Assembly: GCA_020346465.1 (NCBI GenBank) | Contig: CP070783.1 | Span: forward strand, 2,189,097-2,253,096 | Reading direction: 5' to 3' | Length of the DNA stretch: 64,000 bases | DNA from: Deltaproteobacteria bacterium | Lineage (GTDB): Bacteria; Desulfobacterota; Deferrimicrobia; Deferrimicrobiales; Deferrimicrobiaceae | Shown here: positions 29,705 to 39,040 of the stretch, piece by piece | How the letters are laid out: the number at the start of each line of letters is the position of its first letter | Numbering within the stretch: position 1 is the stretch's first letter | Notes under the pieces: generated by a model | Told to the model about the DNA's origin: nothing | Databases searched by the model: none | Seen by the model: the letters and a program-made list of their open reading frames with translations, nothing else | Translations under genes and position numbers: made by a program

Positions 29705-29784
29705 GGTTGGGTCTCCTATGCCCTGTGGCTCGCCGCCCGAAGCCCCGAAATCCCGGTCGAATTGCGGCGATGAAGAGCGAAGAT

Positions 29785-29872
29785 TGGTGCCCGGGGGGGG
29801 GATCGAACCCCCACGGCTTGTTCAGCCACGGGATTTTAAGTCCCGTGCGTCTGCCAGTTCCGCCACCCGGGC
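29785..29872 (-). tRNA. tRNA-Leu (anticodon UAA), type II with long variable arm
   Basis: Reverse complement is GCCCGGGTGGCGGAACTGGCAGACGCACGGGACTTAAAATCCCGTGGCTGAACAAGCCGTGGGGGTTCGATCCCCCCCCCGGGCACCA. Confidence 0.85.
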
Positions 29873-29898
29873 GCTTCCCCGTACGATACCATGAAACC

Positions 29899-30519
29899 TC
29901 AGCGAACGATCCCGAGCAAACCGAGGCCATCCCGAAACAGCAGGACCGCAAACAGGAGAAGCAGCATGGCGAGGGCGCGCATGATGCCGGAGTAGGCCCG
30001 CGGCCCCAGCAGGTGCTTCGACCGGCCGGCCAGCACCGCCAGCAGGACCTTGGAGCCGACGAGGCAGACGTAAAACCCGCCGACGAACGCCGCGGCGGCG
30101 GATGGCCCCGTTTTCCATCCCTTGAGGAGCGTGGGAGCCCCGACGGTCAGCCAGAAGAGGTAGGGGTGGGGGCTCAGCGCGTTGACCATCGCTCCTTTCC
30201 GGAGCGATTGCGGTTCGGCCACTCCGGCGGCGGGGTCCTGCATTCTCGCCCGGAACGTTTCCCGGGCCATGTGCAGCAGGAAGAACCCGCCAAGGATCGA
30301 GATCGTTCCCAGCAGGGCTCCTGCGCCCGACAGCTTCGCCAGGAGGAATGTCGAGACCAGGATGATCGGCAGGTCCGTCAGAAGGGGGGCTGCCGCGATC
30401 TTGATCCCCTCCCGGGCCCCGTGCCGGATCGTCTGGGAAAGAACCATGGCAAGGAGCGGTCCGGGGGCGAATCCCGCCGACAGTCCCAGAACAACGCCCG
30501 CACCCAGAAAAAACGCCAT
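29899..30519 (-). CDS. LysE/RhtB-family amino-acid exporter
   Basis: About 206 aa with 6 TM segments and an RhtB-like N-terminus (MAFFLGAGVVLGLSAGFAPGP); start set at the internal ATG; the longer ORF would run into tRNA-Cys. Confidence 0.8.
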   Translation of the reverse strand: MAFFLGAGVVLGLSAGFAPGPLLAMVLSQTIRHGAREGIKIAAAPLLTDLPIILVSTFLLAKLSGAGALLGTISILGGFFLLHMARETFRARMQDPAAGVAEPQSLRKGAMVNALSPHPYLFWLTVGAPTLLKGWKTGPSAAAAFVGGFYVCLVGSKVLLAVLAGRSKHLLGPRAYSGIMRALAMLLLLFAVLLFRDGLGLLGIVR

Positions 30520-30602
30520 GCCGCTTCGCTCCCCGATCGATTGTCCGGCAGGAAACGCAGAAACAGGGACCCGGCCGGAGTCGGCCGGGTCCCTGAAATC
30601 CA

Positions 30603-30677
30603 TGGAGGCGGCACCCGGATTCGAACCGGGGGATGAAGGATTTGCAGTCCTCTGCCTTACCGCTTGGCTATGCCGCC
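30603..30677 (-). tRNA. tRNA-Cys (anticodon GCA)
   Basis: Reverse complement is GGCGGCATAGCCAAGCGGTAAGGCAGAGGACTGCAAATCCTTCATCCCCCGGTTCGAATCCGGGTGCCGCCTCCA. Confidence 0.9.
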
Positions 30678-30685
30678 GTAGTCGT

Positions 30686-30715
30686 ATTCTCGGCCGAAGG
30701 CGTGCGCGCTGTCAA
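30686..30715 (-). promoter_or_regulatory. putative promoter of tRNA-Cys (minus strand)
   Basis: Perfect TTGACA on the minus strand (30715..30710), 18-nt spacer, GAGAAT; the predicted TSS falls about 2 nt before the tRNA 5' end. Confidence 0.4.
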
Positions 30716-30827
30716 GCCTCGCACAGGGACGCGGAGCGCGCCGGCGGGCCGGTCGGGTTTCTTTTTCCCGCGATAATGATATGATCAGATCCGTACGTTC
30801 CGCGCCCGTTCCATCCCGGAGGTCCCG

Positions 30828-31811
30828 TTGGCCGCCACGATCCATATCACAGGAGTCGCCGGGTTCATCGGAACCCACGTGGCGGAGGCTCTCCTTCTCC
30901 GGGGCGACCGCGTTCTCGGTCTGGACAACTTCGACCCCTTCTACGACCGGTCTCTCAAGGAACGAAACCTGGCGGCCCTGTCGGCATACCCGGGGTTCCG
31001 CTTCACCGAAGGCGACATCCGGGACGAAGCCGGGCTTCGCGGGTGGGGGGACGGCTCCCCCCCGGACGCGCTCATCCACCTGGCCGCCAAGGCGGGCGTC
31101 CGCCCGTCGGTGGCCGATCCCGTCGCGTACGCCGACGTGAACGTGTCGGGAACGACGCGGGTCCTTGCCTGGGCGAGGGACCGCGCCATCCCCCGTGTCC
31201 TGTTCGCCTCCTCCTCGTCGGTGTACGGCGGGAACACCAAGATCCCGTTTTCCGAGAGCGATCCCGTCGATCACCCCGTGAGCCCCTACGCCGCCACGAA
31301 GAAGGCGGGGGAGCTCCTGTGCCACACGTTCTGTCACCTGTACGGAATGAACATCGCGTCGCTGCGCTTCTTCACCGTGTACGGCCCGCGGCAGCGGCCG
31401 GAAATGGCGATCCACAAGTTCACCCGTCTTCTCTTCGAAGGGAAGGAGATCGGGATCTACGGGGACGGGTCGAGCAGGCGCGACTATACCTACGTCGACG
31501 ACGTCGTGGAGGGGGTTCTGGGGGCCCTCCGCGCCCCCCCCGGCTATCGGGTCTACAATCTGGGGGAGTCCGCCACGATCTCCCTGTCCGACCTCATCAC
31601 CCTGCTGGAGGGGGCCACCGGGCTTCGGGCGAACCGCCGGTTCCTGCCCGTGCAGCCGGGGGACGTCCCCGTGACCTGTGCGGACATCACACGTGCCCGC
31701 GCGGAGATCGGGTACGACCCGAAGGTGCCCGTCGCGGAGGGTGTGGAACGCTTTGTTCGATGGTATCGGCAAGATCCCAACCCATCGACCGTAGGAGGAG
31801 GTGACCGATGA
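30828..31811 (+). CDS. NAD-dependent epimerase/dehydratase (UDP-sugar 4-epimerase family)
   Basis: Rossmann GxxGxxG (ITGVAGFIGTHV) and the YxxxK-type SDR fold; TTG start 7 nt after a GGAGG SD. Confidence 0.8.
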   Translation: MAATIHITGVAGFIGTHVAEALLLRGDRVLGLDNFDPFYDRSLKERNLAALSAYPGFRFTEGDIRDEAGLRGWGDGSPPDALIHLAAKAGVRPSVADPVAYADVNVSGTTRVLAWARDRAIPRVLFASSSSVYGGNTKIPFSESDPVDHPVSPYAATKKAGELLCHTFCHLYGMNIASLRFFTVYGPRQRPEMAIHKFTRLLFEGKEIGIYGDGSSRRDYTYVDDVVEGVLGALRAPPGYRVYNLGESATISLSDLITLLEGATGLRANRRFLPVQPGDVPVTCADITRARAEIGYDPKVPVAEGVERFVRWYRQDPNPSTVGGGDR

Positions 31812-32929
31812 AGATCACTGTGTCTGTGATCAAGGCGGATATCGGCTCCATCGGAGGCCATATCCAGCCGAGCGCCCTGCTTGTCGAGACGGTGCGCAAG
31901 ACCGTCGCCGACAAGGGAAAGAAGTTCCTGATCGACTCTTACGTAGGGTACACCGGCGACGACATCGCGATTCTCATGACGCACACGGGGGGGGTCCTGA
32001 ACGAGGAGGTCCACAAGCTCGCCTGGGACACCTTCCTTGCAGGGACCGCGGTCGCAAAGGAGCAGGGGCTCTACGGCGCCGGCCAGGACCTCCTGAAGGA
32101 TTCCTTTTCCGGGAACGTGCGGGGGATGGGTCCCGCCGTCGCGGAGATGGAGTTCGAGGAGAGGCCGAGTGAGCCGTTCCTCCTCTTTGCCGCCGACAAG
32201 ACCGATCCCGGCGCGTACAACCTCCCGTGCTACCTCGCCTTCGCGGACCCCATGGTCAGCGCCGGGCTCATCCTTTCCCCCAAAGTGGGCGCGGGGTTCA
32301 CCTTCCGCATCATGGACGTCGAGCACACCGAGGGGGACCGGGTGATCGACCTGAACGCGCCGGAGGACCTCTACGACATCGCCGCGCTGCTGCGCGACCA
32401 GGAGAGGTTCGTCGTCGAGTCGATCCGCTCCCGGGCCACGGGAGAGATCGCGGCGTCGGTGAGCACCACGAGACTCCACAACATCGCGGGGAAATATACG
32501 GGGAAGGACGATCCCGTGATGCTCGTCCGGGTCCAGGGGAACTTTCCCGCCACGGGGGAGGTTTTGTCGCCGTACACCATCGGCCACTTCGTGGCGGGCT
32601 TCATGCGCGGGAGCCATCACGGGGCCCTGATGCCGGTGCCGAAAAACACCGGCACCTCGTTCTTCGACGGGCCGCCGATCGTCTCCTGCCTGGCCTTCTC
32701 CGTCCGGAACGGCAGGCTCACCGAGCCTGCGGACCCCTTCGACCACCCGTACTGGGAGTACGTGCGGGACAGGGTGTCGGCCAAGTCCGAGGACCTTCGC
32801 CGGCAGGGGTTCTTCGGACCCGCCATGCTCCCGTACAGCGAGCTCGAATACGGAGGGATCGTGGAGCGGCTGAAGAAGATGGACCAGAGGTTCCACGTCC
32901 TCGTGCCGCGGGAGGAGATCAAGGCGTAA
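31808..32929 (+). CDS. fbp: fructose-1,6-bisphosphate aldolase/phosphatase (class V FBPase, archaeal type)
   Basis: N-terminus MKITVSVIKADIGSIGGH is diagnostic of the bifunctional FBP aldolase/phosphatase family; length 373 aa. Confidence 0.85.
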   Translation: MKITVSVIKADIGSIGGHIQPSALLVETVRKTVADKGKKFLIDSYVGYTGDDIAILMTHTGGVLNEEVHKLAWDTFLAGTAVAKEQGLYGAGQDLLKDSFSGNVRGMGPAVAEMEFEERPSEPFLLFAADKTDPGAYNLPCYLAFADPMVSAGLILSPKVGAGFTFRIMDVEHTEGDRVIDLNAPEDLYDIAALLRDQERFVVESIRSRATGEIAASVSTTRLHNIAGKYTGKDDPVMLVRVQGNFPATGEVLSPYTIGHFVAGFMRGSHHGALMPVPKNTGTSFFDGPPIVSCLAFSVRNGRLTEPADPFDHPYWEYVRDRVSAKSEDLRRQGFFGPAMLPYSELEYGGIVERLKKMDQRFHVLVPREEIKA

Positions 32930-32931
32930 GG

Positions 32932-32975
32932 GAGGGACGGGCGGGCGGGGGCGGTCACGCCCGTCCGTCCCTTTC
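32932..32975 (+). terminator. possible terminator after fbp
   Basis: Long imperfect GC stem (GGGACGGGCGGGCG...CGCCCGTCCGTCCC) followed by only TTT; weak. Confidence 0.3.
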
Positions 32976-32990
32976 CGGCAAGGAGAACCC

Positions 32991-34439
32991 ATGGCTGGCG
33001 GGATCGATTTCCTTTTCGACTTTTCGCTCGTGCTCGAGGGGAACCTCCGGAACGGGGAGGGGATCACCACGCACGTGATGAACCAGGGGCTCCGGCGCGC
33101 CGAACGGGCCGCGATGACGCTTGCCTCCCGGCAGGCGGCCGGGGAGATCGGCTTCCCCGGCCTCCCGTTTCTCGAGAAGGAGGCACGCGCGCTTTCCCGG
33201 TACGCCGCGGGGATGCGCAAACGGTTCACGCACCTTCTCGTCCTGGGGATCGGGGGGTCCGCGCTGGGGACGAAGGCCGTGTACGAGGGCGTGGGGGGGG
33301 AGGGGGCCCGGAAGGGGCTGCGTCTCACGGTGGCCGACAACGTGGACCCCGACGCCTTCTTTCCTCTTCTGCGCCGGCTTCCGATGAAGACCACCGCGGT
33401 CGTGGCGATCAGCAAGTCGGGCGGAACGGCGGAGACGAACGCCCAGCTCGGCCTTGCCGTCGAAGGGCTGAGGAGGGCCGCCGGAAAGAGATGGAAGGAG
33501 CACCTGGTGCTGATCACGGATCCGGCGAAGGGCGCCTTCCGACGGTTCGCCGACTCCCAGGGGATCGATTCCTTTCCCGTACCGCCCAACGTGGGGGGGA
33601 GGTACTCGGTCCTGTCCCCCGTGGGACTTCTCCCGCTGGCCGCCGCGGGAGTGTCCGTGGAAAGGCTGCTGGCGGGCGCCCGATGGATGGAGTCGACGTT
33701 TCTGGGGCGAAAAGGGGGGGAGAACCCGGTCCTCGCGGCCGCCGCCGTCTATTCCCACTACCTGATCGAGAACGTGAAGCCCGTGCACGTCTGGTTGACG
33801 TACGGCGAGGGCCTTGCGCGCGTGGCGGAGTGGTGGCAGCAGCTCTGGGCGGAAAGCCTGGGGAAACGAAGGCCCACGGGGACGCCCGTGGGGCAGACCC
33901 CCGCCCGTGCGGTCGGAGTGACCGACCAGCATTCGCAGGTGCAGCTCTACCAGGACGGGCCCGCCGACAAGGTCTTCACCTTCGTGAAGTGGATGGCCGG
34001 CAGGGAGAGGGGAAACGTGCCGGCCTCGGGCTTCGCACCCGGGGCGGAGATCCTCGGGGGCAGGCCCCTGCGCGACCTGTTCGACGCCGAGTTCGAGGGG
34101 ACGATCGGCGCCCTCTGGAAGGCCGGCCGCCCGATCGTCCGGATCGAGGTGGGGAAGCGGGACGAGGCCCACCTGGGGGCATTCCTCCATTTCTGGGAGT
34201 GGGTGACCGCCATCGCAGGCGAATGCGCGGGAATCGACCCCTTCGACCAGCCCGGCGTGGAGGAGGGGAAGATCATCACGCGCGCCCTCATGGGGGAGAA
34301 GGGTTCCGGGAAGAGGCGGGAGGAGTTCCTCCGCGCGCGGAAGAACCGGATTCCCGCCGAGATCCGGCTCGCGGACCGGACGCCCGGCGGACCGCCCCGG
34401 CGCGGCGCCGTCCGCGGTCTCCGGCGGGGAAAGGGGTAG
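32991..34439 (+). CDS. pgi: glucose-6-phosphate isomerase
   Basis: SIS-domain motif HLLVLGIGGSALG and PGI-like length. Confidence 0.85.
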   Translation: MAGGIDFLFDFSLVLEGNLRNGEGITTHVMNQGLRRAERAAMTLASRQAAGEIGFPGLPFLEKEARALSRYAAGMRKRFTHLLVLGIGGSALGTKAVYEGVGGEGARKGLRLTVADNVDPDAFFPLLRRLPMKTTAVVAISKSGGTAETNAQLGLAVEGLRRAAGKRWKEHLVLITDPAKGAFRRFADSQGIDSFPVPPNVGGRYSVLSPVGLLPLAAAGVSVERLLAGARWMESTFLGRKGGENPVLAAAAVYSHYLIENVKPVHVWLTYGEGLARVAEWWQQLWAESLGKRRPTGTPVGQTPARAVGVTDQHSQVQLYQDGPADKVFTFVKWMAGRERGNVPASGFAPGAEILGGRPLRDLFDAEFEGTIGALWKAGRPIVRIEVGKRDEAHLGAFLHFWEWVTAIAGECAGIDPFDQPGVEEGKIITRALMGEKGSGKRREEFLRARKNRIPAEIRLADRTPGGPPRRGAVRGLRRGKG

Positions 34440-34442
34440 CCG

Positions 34443-36182
34443 ATGGAGGGAAGGATCCGCCTGCTTCCCGACGGCGTGATCGACCAGATCGCCGCCGGCG
34501 AGGTGGTCGAAAGGCCGTCCTCCCTCCTGAAGGAGCTCCTGGAGAATGCCGCCGACGCCTCCGCGAAAAGGATCGAGGCGCAGGTCTTCAACGCCTTCCC
34601 GTTCTCTCTCCGGGTCTCGGACGACGGCGTCGGCATGACGCCGGAGGAGGCCGCGGCAGCCGTCAAACGCCACACCACGAGCAAGATCGCCTCGGCCGAC
34701 GACCTTCAGAGGCTCTCCACCTACGGATTCCGGGGGGAGGCGCTCCCGTCGATCGCCTCGGTTTCCCGGCTCCGCATCCTCACCCGGCCGCCCGACCGTC
34801 CCCTCGGCACGGAGATCGTCGTGGAGGGGGGGAAGGTCCGGTCGGTGCGGGAGGCGGGTGCTCCGCAAGGGACGACCGTCGAGGTGACGAACCTGTTCGG
34901 GGCCGTCCCCGCCCGGCTCAAGTTCCTGAAAACCCCGAGGACGGAGATGACCCACCTGTGGGAGGTGTTCCACGGCGTGGGCATTCCCAGCGCCGGGATC
35001 TCCTTCCGGATGAGCGACGGGAAAACGGAGGTACTTTACGAGGAAGGGGAGTCCCGGCTCGACCGTGCGAAACAGCACGCGAGGGAGGGGGCCAAATACC
35101 TCGTGCCCCTGCGGCTTTCCTCGGCCTTCTTCCAAATCACCGGGTGGGCGGGTCTGCCGCACCTGTCCCGCTTCGGTGCCTCCGGGATCCATTTCTTCGT
35201 CAACGGCCGGCACTTCCGGGACAAGGGGGTCTTCGCCGCCGTGCGGGAGGCGTACCGGGGAATCCTCCCCCCCGACCGGCAGCCGGTACTCTACCTGTTT
35301 CTCGAGTGCGACCCTTCGGAGGTGGACGTCAACGTTCACCCCGCCAAGATGGAGGTCCGGTTCCGGTACGGAAAAGACCTGTTCGAGCTCGTGCGTCATG
35401 CGATCGGGGAGGCCCTGGGGGAGATCCCGGCGGCCTCCCCCGCCGTCTCTTTTCCCGGACGCGCGGAGGCCCGGGTGGGGGCGCCTCTCCCTGCGAAGGC
35501 GGGGGATCCAAAGCGGGAGATCCTGTTCGACTACCGCCCGGCGAGGTCCTTCCTGTTTCCAACGCCGGGGGAAGACCTTGCCTCCCCGGGGAAAGAGGGC
35601 GGGTTCGGGTCCCTTCGGCCCGTCTGCCAGATCCTGGGCACGTACATCGTCTGCGAGGGGCCGGGAGAGATGGTGATCATCGACCAGCACGCGGCGGACG
35701 AGCGGATCGTATTCTCCCGGCTGAAGGATTCCTACCTCGGGAAACACGCGCCCGTGCAGCGTTGGCTGGTGCCGCAGGTCGTCTCCCTTCCCGGGGCGGG
35801 CAGAAAGGAGCGCGCCGAGATCGAGGCGTTCCTGACGGGGGTCGGCTTCCTCTGCGAATCGTTCGGCGAGAACACCTTCAAGATCTCGGGGGGGCCCGCC
35901 ATCCTGGGCCACTTCGACCTTCAGGGCTGGTGGAAGGACCTCGGCGAGTTCTTCCTCACCCAGGAGACGTCCCCGAAGGGGATCTTCGATGCCGACCGGG
36001 AGCTGTGGCGGATCGCCTGCCACGCCTCCCTCCGGGGCGGGACGACGGTCGAAAAGGAGGGCATGCGGGCGCTCCTTTCCGATCTCGACCGCGCAGTCGC
36101 TTCCCACAGCTGCCCCCACGGGCGCCCCGTCTGGGTGAAGATCTCCGCCGGCGAATTGAAACGGATGTTCGGCCGCACGTAA
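34443..36182 (+). CDS. mutL: DNA mismatch repair protein MutL
   Basis: GHKL ATPase N-terminus (IAAGEVVERPSSLLKELLENAADA) and a C-terminal dimerisation domain. Confidence 0.9.
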   Translation: MEGRIRLLPDGVIDQIAAGEVVERPSSLLKELLENAADASAKRIEAQVFNAFPFSLRVSDDGVGMTPEEAAAAVKRHTTSKIASADDLQRLSTYGFRGEALPSIASVSRLRILTRPPDRPLGTEIVVEGGKVRSVREAGAPQGTTVEVTNLFGAVPARLKFLKTPRTEMTHLWEVFHGVGIPSAGISFRMSDGKTEVLYEEGESRLDRAKQHAREGAKYLVPLRLSSAFFQITGWAGLPHLSRFGASGIHFFVNGRHFRDKGVFAAVREAYRGILPPDRQPVLYLFLECDPSEVDVNVHPAKMEVRFRYGKDLFELVRHAIGEALGEIPAASPAVSFPGRAEARVGAPLPAKAGDPKREILFDYRPARSFLFPTPGEDLASPGKEGGFGSLRPVCQILGTYIVCEGPGEMVIIDQHAADERIVFSRLKDSYLGKHAPVQRWLVPQVVSLPGAGRKERAEIEAFLTGVGFLCESFGENTFKISGGPAILGHFDLQGWWKDLGEFFLTQETSPKGIFDADRELWRIACHASLRGGTTVEKEGMRALLSDLDRAVASHSCPHGRPVWVKISAGELKRMFGRT

Positions 36183-36189
36183 AGCCTTC

Positions 36190-37149
36190 ATGGAAGAACG
36201 CCCGATCCTCGTCCTGTCAGGTCCCACGGCGTCCGGGAAAACGGCTTTCGCGATCTCCCTCGCGCGCCTCTTCCCCCTCGAGGTCGTGAGCGCCGACTCC
36301 ATGCAGGTCTACCGCGGGATGGACGTCGGGACGGCGAAGCCCACCCCTGCGGAACGCGCGGAGGTTCCCCATCACCTGGTGGACGTGGCGGATCCGGACG
36401 AGGGATACAGCGCCGGACGGTTCGTGGCCGAAGCCGGGGAGGCGATCCGCGGCGTCCGTTCGCGCGGGAGGATTCCTCTCGTGGCAGGCGGGACCGGGAT
36501 GTACATCCGGGCGCTCCTGAAAGGCCTCGACCCCCTGCCTTCCGATCCGGCCGTCAGGGAGAGACTCTCCCGCCGGTGGGAGGAAGAGGGAGGGGAAGCC
36601 CTCCATGGGGAGCTCCGGAGGGTCGACCCTGCATCCGCGGCGAGGATCCACCCCATGGACAGGGTCCGGGTGGTGAGGGCGCTCGAGGTGGCGGAGATGA
36701 CGGGCGACCCGCCCAGCGTGCGGAAAGCGAGCTGGGCCTCGGGGGGGAGCCGGTACCGGGTCCTTTTCCTGGTCCGGGAGATCGGGAGAGAGGCGCTGTA
36801 CCGGCGCATCGACCGGCGGGTGGACGAGATGTTCCGGGCGGGGCTTGTCGAAGAGGTGGACGGGCTTCTCGCAAAGGGGTATCCCCGGACTCTTCCCAGC
36901 ATGGGAGCGCTCGGGTACCGGCACGTCCTCTCCCATCTTCTGGACGGCATCCCCCGGGAGCAGGCGGTCCGGGAGATGAAACGGGATACCCGCCGGTACG
37001 CGAAACGGCAGATCACCTGGCTGTCGAGGGAGACCGGGGCGCTCCGGGTGGGGGAGGAAACCCCCCTCCAGGCGGTTGCCGGCGAGATCGAAACGTTCCT
37101 GGCGGAGCGGGGAAGCGGGAGCGGGGGGAGGGATTGGAATGTCCGATAG
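36190..37149 (+). CDS. miaA: tRNA dimethylallyltransferase
   Basis: P-loop GPTASGKT and VVSADSMQVYRGMDVGTAKP. Confidence 0.9.
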   Translation: MEERPILVLSGPTASGKTAFAISLARLFPLEVVSADSMQVYRGMDVGTAKPTPAERAEVPHHLVDVADPDEGYSAGRFVAEAGEAIRGVRSRGRIPLVAGGTGMYIRALLKGLDPLPSDPAVRERLSRRWEEEGGEALHGELRRVDPASAARIHPMDRVRVVRALEVAEMTGDPPSVRKASWASGGSRYRVLFLVREIGREALYRRIDRRVDEMFRAGLVEEVDGLLAKGYPRTLPSMGALGYRHVLSHLLDGIPREQAVREMKRDTRRYAKRQITWLSRETGALRVGEETPLQAVAGEIETFLAERGSGSGGRDWNVR

Positions 37150-38911
37150 CAGGGGGAGAAGAATCGCGGTGGGGGTCCTGGCCGGGGTCGGGGCCCTTAC
37201 CATCCTGGCGCTGCTTGCGGCAGGCGCCTGGTACTGGAAGGATAAGGCATCCGTTCCGGAACGGCTGGTTCTCGAGGTCGACTTCGAGCGGGGTGTCGTG
37301 GAGAATGTGCCGGACGAACCGGTCGGAAGATACCTGCTGAAGCGATTCCTGGTCCTTCGGGACGTGACGGAGGCGTTGAACCGGGCGGCGGAGGATCGAC
37401 GGGTCGTGGGACTGGTCGCACGGGTGGGCGCTTCGGGGATGGGAATGGCCCAGATCCAGGAGATCCGCGATGCCGTGGCGGCGTTCCGCGGCAAGGGGAA
37501 GCCCGCGATCGCCTACGCCGAGACCCTGGGCGAGTTCGCCCCCGGGAACGGGGCCTACTACCTGGCGACCGCCTTCGACAGGATCTACCTTCAGCCGTCC
37601 GGCAGCGTCGGCCTGACCGGGCTGATCTCCAATACCTCCTTCCTCCGGGGGACCCTCGACAAGCTCGGGATCCTGCCCCGCCTGGCCCGGCGGAAAGAAT
37701 ACAAGACCCTCGTCAACCGGCTGACCGAGAAAAAGTATACCGAGCCGCACCGGGAGGCGAACCGGAGCATCCTCGCCTCCCTGTTCGGGCAGATCCTGGA
37801 GGGAATCTCCGGGGCGAGAACGCTTCCCGTGGAAGAGGTGCGGTCGCTCGCGGATCGGGGGCCGTTCCCCGGAAAGGAGGCCGTGGAGGCGAAGCTTGTC
37901 GACGGCCTTGCCTACAGGGACGAGGTGTATGAAAAGGTGAGGCAGACGGCCGGCGAGGACGCGCGTTTCCTCGATCTGGACGACTATTCCCGAAGGGTTG
38001 GGAGTCCCCCCGGGAACGGGGAAACCATCGCCCTGATCTACGGGGTGGGCGGAATCCGACGCGGGAAGAGCAGATACGATCCCGCTTCGGGAAGGTTCTT
38101 CCTGGGGCCGGACACCGTGGGGGATGCCTTCCGGTCCGCCGTCGAGGACAAGGAGGTCAGGGCCATCCTCTTCCGGGTGGACAGCCCGGGAGGGTCGCAT
38201 GTCGCCTCCGACACCATCTGGCGCGAGGTCGTGCGGGCCCGGGAGGCGGGGAAGCCCGTCATCGTCTCCATGGGGAACGTGGCGGGATCCGGGGGGTATT
38301 ACATCTCCATGGCTGCCGACCGGATCGTCGCGCAGCCGGGGACCCTGACCGGATCGATCGGGGTGTTCGCGGGAAAGATGGTGACCACCTCGTTCTGGGA
38401 GAAGGTCGGCGTGTCGTGGGATGAGGTCCATACCGGCGAGAACGCGGACATGTGGATCTGGACCAGGGATTACAGCGAGCGCCAGTGGGAAAGGGTCCAG
38501 GGAGTGCTCGACCGGATCTACGGGGAGTTCACGGAGAAGGCGGCCACGGGGAGAAGGATGCCGAAGGAGAAGGTGCTGGAGGTCGCCAAAGGGCGGGTAT
38601 GGACGGGAGAGGATGCGAAAGCCCTCGGGCTGGTGGACGAGCTGGGGGGATTTCCGGCGGCGCTCCGGCTTGCGCGGGAGGCGGCCGGGATCCCTCCGGA
38701 AACCGGCGTCCGGGTGAAGGTCTTTCCCGAGAGGAGGCCTCGCTGGAGGACGCTCCTGGAAGATTTGCTGGACCCGCGCCGGGGGGGGGCGAGCGAGTCC
38801 CTGGTCCGGTTGCTGGAGACCGTGCAACCCGTGGTGCGGATTGCCGAGGATATGGGAATCGGCCCTCCTCCGGGCGGGCTGACCATGGAGGAAGGGGAGC
38901 AGCGGTGGTGA
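37139..38911 (+). CDS. sppA: signal peptide peptidase SppA, 67K type (tandem S49 domains)
   Basis: N-terminal TM segment and two ClpP/crotonase-like S49 repeats (GSGGYYISMAADRIVAQPGTLTGSIGV); ATG overlaps the miaA end by 11 nt. Confidence 0.75.
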   Translation: MSDSRGRRIAVGVLAGVGALTILALLAAGAWYWKDKASVPERLVLEVDFERGVVENVPDEPVGRYLLKRFLVLRDVTEALNRAAEDRRVVGLVARVGASGMGMAQIQEIRDAVAAFRGKGKPAIAYAETLGEFAPGNGAYYLATAFDRIYLQPSGSVGLTGLISNTSFLRGTLDKLGILPRLARRKEYKTLVNRLTEKKYTEPHREANRSILASLFGQILEGISGARTLPVEEVRSLADRGPFPGKEAVEAKLVDGLAYRDEVYEKVRQTAGEDARFLDLDDYSRRVGSPPGNGETIALIYGVGGIRRGKSRYDPASGRFFLGPDTVGDAFRSAVEDKEVRAILFRVDSPGGSHVASDTIWREVVRAREAGKPVIVSMGNVAGSGGYYISMAADRIVAQPGTLTGSIGVFAGKMVTTSFWEKVGVSWDEVHTGENADMWIWTRDYSERQWERVQGVLDRIYGEFTEKAATGRRMPKEKVLEVAKGRVWTGEDAKALGLVDELGGFPAALRLAREAAGIPPETGVRVKVFPERRPRWRTLLEDLLDPRRGGASESLVRLLETVQPVVRIAEDMGIGPPPGGLTMEEGEQRW

Positions 38912-38984
38912 GACGGGACGCCCGCTTGCGCGGCCGGGGGACCGGGAAGGCCATGGAAATTTCGCCCCCCAGGGAATAAGTTCT

Positions 38985-38993
38985 TGTTATAAT
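38985..38993 (+). promoter_or_regulatory. extended -10 element (TGTTATAAT) upstream of accA
   Basis: TGnTATAAT about 48 nt upstream of the accA ATG in an AT-rich intergenic stretch; no clear -35. Confidence 0.35.
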
Positions 38994-39040
38994 ACATTTT
39001 TTTTCATAAATTAAGGGCTTATCCCTGTTGAGGAGCACGG

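Noticed and set aside
29707-30636. 309-aa plus-strand ORF spanning tRNA-Leu, LysE and tRNA-Cys
   Set aside because: It runs antisense through two tRNA genes and a membrane-protein gene. Spurious.
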